Assembly (NCBI RefSeq): GCF_009914755.1
Contig: NC_060933.1
Direction: 5' to 3' (one strand)
From: the human T2T-CHM13v2.0 reference genome, Homo sapiens
DNA: 64,000 nucleotides
Positions within the stretch are counted from its first letter, which is position 1, and every line of letters begins with the position of its first letter. Below the pieces are notes generated by a model that did not search any database, was not told the DNA's origin, and saw only the letters and a program-made list of their open reading frames with translations. Shown here piece by piece: positions 55,020-64,000 of this stretch. A program made the position numbers and the translations under genes.

Positions 55020-55613
55020 TGAAGGAGCACAGAGAGTTTCACCCCAAAATATGGCTCCCTGATATAATGAATATTTTTAATTGGAAATCCTTTGAAATCA
55101 ACAGGCCTTGGAAGAGACTTTTTCCCTGTCTTCATAAGGACTGGATGCAACCACCAAGATGAACAATTGCTTTTCCTTTCTTTCCTTGTAATCTTATCAT
55201 CTATTTCAAGAAAGGAGAGGAAGAACGTAACCAGACCAGACCCAACCTTTTTACAAAACAATGTCTGTCTCTCAGGTTCATTCAACTTCCAAAGAGAACC
55301 ACAAGTCAATCTGTCCACCACACACCCCCTCTGCAATCCACTCATTCTCCCAAGTCTCTATTCATTTTCGCCAGTAATCATTTAACGGCCCTCAACAGAA
55401 TTACCTGTATTCTCGATGTTCCTTCCCCCTCGCCTCTAAAAGGTTATATAAGTGTTTGGGCCTCATTGGGAGATAGGGAAATCCTCTGATTCTCCCTGTG
55501 TGCATGATTAAATAAATTTGTATGCCTTTTCTCTTATTAATCTGCCTTACTATAAGTTGATTTTTCAGTGCACCCTCTGAGGGCAAGGGGGAAGATTCCC
55601 CTTGGCTCCAACA
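55020..55613 (+). mobile_element. MER34-family LTR
   Basis: tgaaggagc...tcaccccaaaatatggc...aataaatttgtatgccttttctc...ccccttggctccaaca. Confidence 0.7.
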
Positions 55614-55625
55614 AGGTCAAACTAG

Positions 55626-55980
<355 letters not shown>

Positions 55981-56019
55981 CTATACAATATTTTTAAATC
56001 AAGAATTTGGGTAATGATA

Positions 56020-56730
56020 TAGAAAAGCAAGATTATGTCTTCTGGTAACAGGAATTTGGAAGGGAGAAGCCAGCATTTTGGATGACAAAGTTCTTGACAG
56101 ACTGGACAATGGGTTGAATCATAATGTCATGAAATTTAGTAGGAACAAATGCCAAAAAACCACCAGCACAAGTACTAGACGGGGAAGATGTGGCTTCATG
56201 GCAGCAAGGCTGGAAAAAACTTGAGGACTGCACTTACACGAGACAAGCTTATATGAGACAATGGTGTGACGTATGGACCAAGTCCCTAATGCATCTGTTT
56301 GGCTGCACCTGTAGTGTACCAAGGCTTAGAATGGTGAGAGCTCTGCCCTCACTTTTGCTAGTCAGCTCACTCTTAGATATTACATTCTGTTCAGTTGTAT
56401 GTAGGTTAACCAAAAATGATATTCTAATGAGAACACTTTTGAGAATGAAAGAGTTGCTAGTAATAATGAAGCTCAGAAAATAGCCATAAACTAAGATCCC
56501 TGGACACATGGGACCTATGCTAGCTAGTTATAAAAGATGTAGACAAGTTGGAGGATATTTGGAGGAGAGGCTCAAGGAAAGGAAAGTTCTCAAAGAAACA
56601 GACTATGATAAAATTAAAGGGGTGTTCAGCCTGGAGAAGAGTGGCCTGAGGTTTATAAGAAAGTATTTTTTTTTTTGAGATATTTAAAGGCAACAGGTGG
56701 AAGAGGGATAGGGCTTGTAAATTATGGGTC
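56020..56730 (+). mobile_element. L3/CR1 fragment
   Basis: cttgacagactggac...atgaaatttagtaggaacaaatgc...tgttcagcctggagaagag. Confidence 0.6.
56402..56525. mobile_element. MER94-like MITE nested in L3
   Basis: gaacacttttgagaatgaaagagttgctagtaataat. Confidence 0.5.
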
Positions 56731-57271
56731 TTGAAGTGTAGAGAAAATTACAGCTTCTCAGGCCAGCCCAAGAGGAAGGGAATGAAAAGCCAGTCTCCAA
56801 CCCTAGATGTTACAATTTTATAAAACAAATTTGGAGTGCTTAAAAGACACCAAATCTCCAAACTGCACCCCCACCGCAATTCCAATTCAATGATGACTAT
56901 TTTCTGTTGTTGTTGTAACTGTCCCCAGGATGGACCGTGTGAAAGACTTTTTGAACATCAGCGTAATTACCACCATCAGTTCCTGTTCACATGCCTACTT
57001 ACTTCTTCAAAAAAAATCTAATAAAATAATTCTTTCTTAATGAAACCCAGCCATTTTTCTTTTAAAAATGTTATTTCATTGTCTAAATATATGGTGGTTC
57101 CTCTCTCTTTTTAAGATCTTGATAGCTGGACTTTATAGAAGTTAGACACCCACAGGTTTGTGATTCACTGGGCCCCCTCTATAGTTTCACATATGCCTTT
57201 TTCAGGGAACTATTTGGACTTGAGAATCTTCTTCAATATTCTTCTCTGTAAAGACCAATGCAAATATCATG

Positions 57272-57818
57272 TTATACTGAACCTAAGACACCAGTGGTTG
57301 TAAGATGCACCACTATTATGTACCAGTAAGAGAGAATAAAATGCTGCCAATTAAACTCTATTCCAAATTTCTTCACAAGTAGAGTATCCAACTCCTCTGA
57401 GTCACTTTCAACTCAGAATTGAAATATTTGTTCCCATTTTTCATACGATATTGGTATCCATGTCATCAAGAACATTGAGAATCCAGCATTTATTTACAAA
57501 ACATTCTAATATTATCTTTGAATCTTCTTCCAAGCAACTAACACTTGATCTAGAAGCTTTGATGTTGTTACTTTTTAAAAAATCTAACCAGCAGATGACA
57601 ACAGTAGATTTACTTCTTTTTCCAGTAAACCAGGATTTACCTTTTCTTAGTTTGTTGACTGAAACTTTGAGGGGTTGAAGTTGACCAGTTATGCCATTGT
57701 GACTAACAACAAAATTTATACTGCATGGGCAATGACACAACATTCCAGTGCCACCAGGCCAACAGATGTCCGGGATGTTAAAATGTAAAGTATGATTGTA
57801 TTAGATTTGACATAATAT
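57272..57818 (-). mobile_element. TcMar-Tc2 (Kanga/MER104-like) DNA transposon with DDE remnant
   Basis: MER104-like ends (ttgtaagatgcaccactattatgtacc...; gggatgttaaaatgt); ORF 57441-57743 contains GITGQLQPLKVSVNK and KCWILNVLD. Confidence 0.7.
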
Positions 57819-59093
57819 AATAACTCCTTTTGCATATCTGCCTTCTTGTCTTAGGTGATACCCTTACCTGATAATCTGAGCACTGCTTTCCTAGCTGACT
57901 GGGATAACCTTTATTAGCTCCTTTTTACTTTAGCTGAGCATCTTCTCAAATGCTCTACTGGGTTGTCCTTATTTCTATCTTATGTACAACCTACTCTACT
58001 TTGATAATATTCCTAATCCTTTCATTTCAACTAATTTTCCATTTTATGGTCATCAACTAATAGAAAACAAAACAAAAATGAAAAGGTCAACCAAGATTTT
58101 GCATCTCAAAAGAAGACACACTTCATCTCTCACTGTTTTAAAGAAGAGCTATACAGCTTTATGGTAAAGAGACAGTTCTTAGCCATGGCTGTGAGAAAAA
58201 ATAATTTGTAGAGATACTTAAAATGTAGACTGCAGCGGGATTACATAAGACCCACTCACTCTGACTCTTGGAATGAAGGGTGAGGCTTTCAAAGAAGCAG
58301 ACATTTATGCCTTTCAAAAAGTTCCACAGATTAATGTGACATGTCATCTAAGTTGCAAACCCTCAGGAAGATAAGGAAATCAGGCATTTTTCAGTTCATG
58401 TAGGGACAACTTTATTGGCACATATGAACGTAATTTTGAAATTAAGAGGGCTTAAGTCTAAGTGGGCTGCAAAAAACAAGCCACACTGACAGACCATGGT
58501 TGCATTCAAACCATGATATTCACACCATCCTGTACTCAACATGATTCAGCTAAGGGCTGTGAAGGATGCTGTGATGACCAGACATGGGAATGGGTATGGT
58601 GAAAGCATAGGCAGAAAACAAAGGATGAGATGTCCTTTTATCAACATCCCAACATCCCAGTTGATGCCTGGTCTGAAGAAACAGAGAAAGTCATCTTTTC
58701 CTCCATTCTTCAGCCATAGCTTTCCAGGGCCATTTCAGGGGCAAGATGACCTACAGCATAATTAAGAAATAGTTTCATGAATTGGGGATATCCTACAGCT
58801 TTAGAGTGGAGGGTGCTACTAATGAGGGCTTCTACTTGGAAAAAATTCAAATCCCTGCACCAAAGGGCTCAGAAGGCAAGTTTATGGCTATGGCAGAGCT
58901 CTGATATCCTCTCCTAATCATCTCCATTTTTAGCAAAAGTTCTTCTGAATTTTAGATAGACATTAAGATCCCCCACGTTGCCCGGGTAAAGTAGATAATT
59001 GGTGATTCTACTGTTAGCTCTATTGCCTTTTAATTGTGCCAGGGAATTCAGAATGCAGTACCTACTCCAAAGCCCAGATCACCTCTTGCTCAC

Positions 59094-59176
59094 CTGTAGA
59101 TCCAGGGACCTCTTGTTTGTGACCATGGAAGAGTGTAAGACTGATTGTCTCCTGTAAGCTTCTTTTCCTTCTGGGC
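59094..59176 (-). ncRNA. Candidate 83-nt exon (minus strand)
   Basis: Acceptor ttcttgcttccagcctctgctttag and donor cag|gtgagc. Confidence 0.3.
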
Positions 59177-59274
59177 CTAAAGCAGAGGCTGGAAGCAAGA
59201 ATACCAAAAGCACAAATCATTGCAAATCAGTGCTGATGGCTGAAATAAATACTTATGCTGTTCTTTTACTTTTG

Positions 59275-59480
59275 CTACCATGTATTGAACAAACACTATG
59301 TGTCAGGCCCTTTATATACAGTCTCATTTATTCCTCACCACAACCGATGTAGACATCATTGTTCACCCCCATTTTACAAAGAAAAAACAGACTCAAGTTA
59401 GGCAACACCCCCAAGGTCACAGAACAAGTAAGTGCTGAATCCAGGAATTAATCTCAGATCTGATTCCAAAGTCAAAGGTC
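59275..59480 (-). mobile_element. MIR
   Basis: tattgaacaaacactatgtgtcagg...ccccattttacaaagaaaaaacagactc...cccaaggtcacag. Confidence 0.75.
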
Positions 59481-59789
59481 TCTCAAGCGTTGGATGTATT
59501 TGAAAGGCAGTGGGGAAAAAATAATATGTATTGATGGATGGATAGCAGGATGAGTAGATGGACAGATATGATAACATAAATATAATAAAGGGCATATTAT
59601 AGAAGCTAGGTGGTCATTACATGGGTGTTCAATGAATGATTTTTTAAACTGTTTTGTATGTTTGAAAAACATTGAAATAAGTTAGGGATAAAGAAGAAAA
59701 TTGTGAGGAATTCAAAGACATTGCCAATTAAACATTCTTGCAAGCATCTGTCTCATGTTTCACTAACTATGTGTTTTAGAATTTTAAGT

Positions 59790-60450
59790 TAATTTAGTTT
59801 GACAAACATGTGTTAAGGCTTTATTACGTAACAGGTGCCAAGATACCTGCCAGCCTAGGATGCTAAATTCATTGTAGGTGCTGGGGCTGCACAAGATGGA
59901 GCTCTTCTGGGGTTTACAAATTAGCAGCTGACAATACCATGACCAAAAACCTGCAATACAAAGCTGACTTGATAAAGGCCTATCATGGACTTGTGAGGTG
60001 CTAAAGGAGCATGAGGATGGATAAGATAATAATAGCTGAGAGGTTTGGAAAAGTGTCAGGGAACAGACAAAATTGAAATTGCGCCTTAGAAACTGGGGAA
60101 GATGTCAAAAGGACAGGAAGAGGAGCAGTATCTGAAGTAGGGGCTTTGGAGCAAAGGCACAGAGGTGGGACAGGACCTGCAAAGAATGCACAGGAAAAGA
60201 AGAGACTGTTGGAAAAGAAGGAAGGAAGCACTGGGCATTACCCACCACAATGTGGAACCAACTTTCACAAAGGAAATGTTTGATAATTATTAGAATTCTC
60301 TCAGATTTCACTTTGTGGAGCCTTTGTTTACTTTTCAGTAAAATGGGAATAATATCTGGTCTCACAGACACTGTTTAAAGGATTAAATGAGGGAAAATGG
60401 TGAAAGTTCCTAGGAGAGTGCCAGCCACGTGGTCAGCACTTAACTAAGCA
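59790..60450. mobile_element. L2 fragment (about 59790-60230) followed by MIR (about 60300-60450)
   Basis: atttagtttgacaaacatgtgtt...gcaaaggcacagaggtgg; cagtaaaatgggaataatatctggtctcacag...aggattaaatgag. Confidence 0.55.
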
Positions 60451-62133
60451 ATGCAGACTGAGCTACACCCACGAACCTGAGGCTGCACATAGACTAACTA
60501 CATAGCAATAGTCAAGATTTGTGTTAGGCTGTAAGACAAATCTTGATTGCGAATTGTGTTACAATCCTGCTAAATTCCAGAAAGGAGGAGCTAAATAGTT
60601 TTGTCAGGTATGACTGATCTTTTAATTAACTTATTGATTGAATGACTGGTTTTACTTTGGGTTCAGGACTCAATCAACAAATTCAATTGTACAAGAAGTG
60701 AAACTTTATTTTTCTGTAACCACTTAACTATTTTGAGCCTATCTTCAGTGTTAGAACCTAATTTCCCTCAGTTCTGCACCTCCACCCCTTTCACTGAGTT
60801 CCAGGGGTCTTACATTGTACCAGAGCAATGGGTGGAGGGAATTATCTCTTTCCCCGTGTGATGCTATCTCAGCACCAGCCTTGGCTGATATGACCTTATT
60901 CCTGGTGGGTCTTCACCACTGAGCTGTTCCCCAGCATGAGACTCCTTCAGACATGGCACATTTTCTCTCAACTGTTGCCAAGCCCCTTGTTGGCACAGGA
61001 AACTTTATTGCACTGCTCAGGCCACAGGGGCACCAGGAAGCTCTGTGGGTCCTTCATTACTATTCTGGTGGGACTTTTGAGCACAGAAGACTCATTCTAA
61101 CACTTGTGGGCTGTGCTGGGGTACACTCAGTTCTTTGAGGCTGGCTCAGAGCATCTGTCCCCTGGATACCACTCAGCCATTTCTGTTCTGGGGTTTTGCA
61201 GTCTTCTTGAGCGCTACTTGGAGGTGATGACAACCCCAATCCATCTTCAGTTCTGTCATCCACAACCTTTTCCTCTAAGGAGCAGGGTAGAAAGTCTTTT
61301 TCTCAGAGGAGAGGGGAGCCACCAGCATCTAAGAGCTGTCTCTGCTTCCCCTTCCGCCTCCACCTTCCCTTCCCTCCTCCCCACCTCCCCACAGCATCTA
61401 ACAGTTCCCTTTCCTCCCCTAGCTCTAGCACTGTCCTCACAGCATGCCTGGAAAACTTCAGGTCCTACAAGGGGTGGGAAGCCTTGCATCAATTCAGCTT
61501 AGTGTCTCTATGACAAGTTCCCTCAGGGTCTTGACTTTGGAAAATCAAAAGCCTTTTTTTCCTGCTCTCTGGTGAAACTTCTTTTTTTCCTGATAGAACA
61601 AATGATACCTAAATGGGTTTGGGGGAGGATGCAGAGGCAACAGGAGCTGCCAGAAGAGGAAAATCAGTTAATATATTTTAATATATTTAAAATATTCTGC
61701 CAGTATTCTCCTCATCCCTTTAAATTGACTTCATCCCTTGAACAAGGGAGGACATTTTTCCTCCTAGTTCTTACGTCTCAGAATTTCAGTTCCAGGTGAC
61801 CTGCTGTAGGCTGGGCTGCAGTGGCACTAGGTGACCCTAATACTTAAAGAAGATGAATCACACTTCTTGAAAGCTGCCTCACCCTTAGAGTTATGGCCGA
61901 CTCCCTGCAAGTTTCTTCAAGAAATTCAGCTGATGGCTCCCCAAGCTGCTAATCACCAAAGTGCATGATACTTTAGAAATAACACTTGATTTCTAGTATT
62001 TGTATGGCTGGTGTACCTACTGTACAGTCTTTGAAAAATTATAACAGAAGATTCTTTAGTCGGGGCTATGCACTTCACAAGCTTCACTTGCTAATAATCA
62101 CAACAGGGAATTAAGTATTGCTCATACTACCAC

Positions 62134-62287
62134 CTGTTCACGTACGGCTTCTTTCTTGCCTTGCTGGTAAGATTTCTGCTCCTCCTCATCCTTTAAGGCA
62201 TGTCTTTAGCTTGATACTGGAGTCATTTCTTTGGTTTCAGTTACCCTTTCTGGTTCATATGATAGTCTTCTATATCAAGCTTGGAGC
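62134..62287 (-). ncRNA. Candidate 154-nt non-coding exon (minus strand)
   Basis: Long T tract, branch-like taactgac, acceptor ttacttctctttcag, purine-rich body, donor cag|gtggta; stops in all three frames. Confidence 0.4.
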
Positions 62288-64000
62288 CTGAAAGAGAAGT
62301 AACTTGTCAGTTAAAAAAAAAAAAAAAAAAAAAAGATAAATGCCAAAGATCAGGATGTTTGAGAAAAAAAAAATATTAACTTGGTTCTTTTCTTCCCTAA
62401 TTACTCCCCCCAAACAAGACCCCAAGGAGTTTCATTTCTAAAACATAACTCTCTATATTAAGAAGACCCCCAGTTCAGGTTGATAAATACCCATAGGGCC
62501 TATCTCTCACCATGAACCTGCACAGGCAAGGGCAGAAAACTCTCTCTCCATTAAGTACTAAGAAACTTTCCTTGTCACAAATTAAAGTCCTCTCCAGTGG
62601 CCAAGGATTTATCAGCAACCTTGTTCGTAATGATCATCTTATGAATGGTGATTAAGAAAAATAAATCACTTCCTCTTGCTAATAAATTGCTCCAATTGCT
62701 TCAAAATGGCAGACTTTCTGCTGAAATGACCCTCCCCTGGGCCAATAATAATATTCCTAGAGAAAAACTGGGGAAGTAAGGGGTTGAAGTGGGGTGGGGC
62801 CCATATTTCCAGCATCTGAAGGGAAACAGCAACACATGGCTTCATCACCTGACCTATATTCTTCAACAGTCCCTAGAAGAAATGTTGACCTCAGATGAGC
62901 TGAGATTTTGTTCATCTTCACCCATCCAAAGAGTTACACCTTAATTATTCAGTTGAACTTGTATTATTTAGTAAACAAGAATATAAACGCCCAAGATTTG
63001 GTGTTTTATCAATTACAGCCTTTGTCTTCTGAATTCTGTACAAAATACACAGACATTTCGCTCCTAACATCCTCCCTCAAAATAAAGCACATGCTTAAAA
63101 AAAAAAATCACCTAAGCAGACTTTTTCCAAGAAGCACATATAGTACTTTTTATTCAAGGCAACATGCAGACCTGTTAAACATTTTTTTTTTAATTTTTTT
63201 AAGTTTGCAGTCTTCTCTGAAGACTTCAATAAAGCAAAGGGAGCTCATATGCCTCACCCAGTCTGCCTGACTTAAAGTAGTGTGAGGCAAGAATCATCCA
63301 CATGTAGAGTTAAACAATGAAATTTTCCAAGTATATACATGCTGTGAGAATCAATAACCTCTTCTCAAACCAGCAAATTGGTTTCAAGTATTCGGTTCAC
63401 TGGTTACATCCAACAGCCACAATAAGAGGCCACCTTCCGAGTGAAAGGGAAGGTGAAGATGAATTCTTGAAAAATGCGTTCTCATCAGAATTCCTGTGCT
63501 TCTTACTGCATGGAGGGTATTTGTAAAACTCTTCAGAAAGAACACTGAGTTTAATTTCAGGCAATCTTTTTTGTTGATTTTTTTTCACTAACTTTAATTT
63601 TCTTATGTGAACTGTGATATACAAAGGCAATCACTTTCGGAGTAAAATTAAGAATGGCAAAAGTAATTTTACAAAAACTTCTATAGAAATAACATTGTTC
63701 AATTAAGTTTATAGAGTATGCCCAAAAGAAAAATATAAGAATATTCACATGAAGAAATATTAATCTAGTGCTCCAAAGACCAGAATATGTACTCCAGGGG
63801 CGTCAGGGGCAGGAACCATGAAACAGAGATAAAAGTTGCTTTTTGAGATTTTTCTCGCCTTAGCCCTGAATGCTGCATGCTCTGAAAGAATCCAGTTATG
63901 GGAACACAAATTACCTCATCCTCAGTTTCACTTTAAAATAAAATAAATAGGTTACATTTTCTTTTTTTCTTTCTTTTTTTTTTTCTTTTTATGAGATAGA

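Noticed and set aside
54887-55345. 152-aa ORF
   Set aside because: Lies mostly antisense within a MER34-family LTR and has no protein motif.

Overview
Primate, most likely human, genomic DNA that is AT-rich and about half made of interspersed repeats (Alu, L1, L2, L3/CR1, MIR, MaLR/ERV LTRs, hAT and Tc1/mariner fossils). I find no host protein-coding gene: the long ORFs are retroviral, L1 or Alu derived, or chance. The main structure is a ~15 kb nested stack at 29.76-44.77 kb. A MER5A1-like MITE is split by an L1MC, which carries a young AluY, a HERV-H provirus and a full-length L1PA7-like element with an open ORF0 homologue. The provirus has a tRNA-Phe-like primer-binding site, a deleted env and a 3' LTR cut to 49 bp. 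Other points of interest are a MER41B LTR with both STAT/GAS motifs intact, two tiny TSD-flanked poly(A)-tailed insertions, a Tc2 (Kanga/MER104-like) transposase remnant and several candidate minus-strand non-coding exons. I cannot support a wholly new biological system from this sequence. Repeat subfamily names come from recalled consensus sequences, and the boundaries of old elements are approximate.
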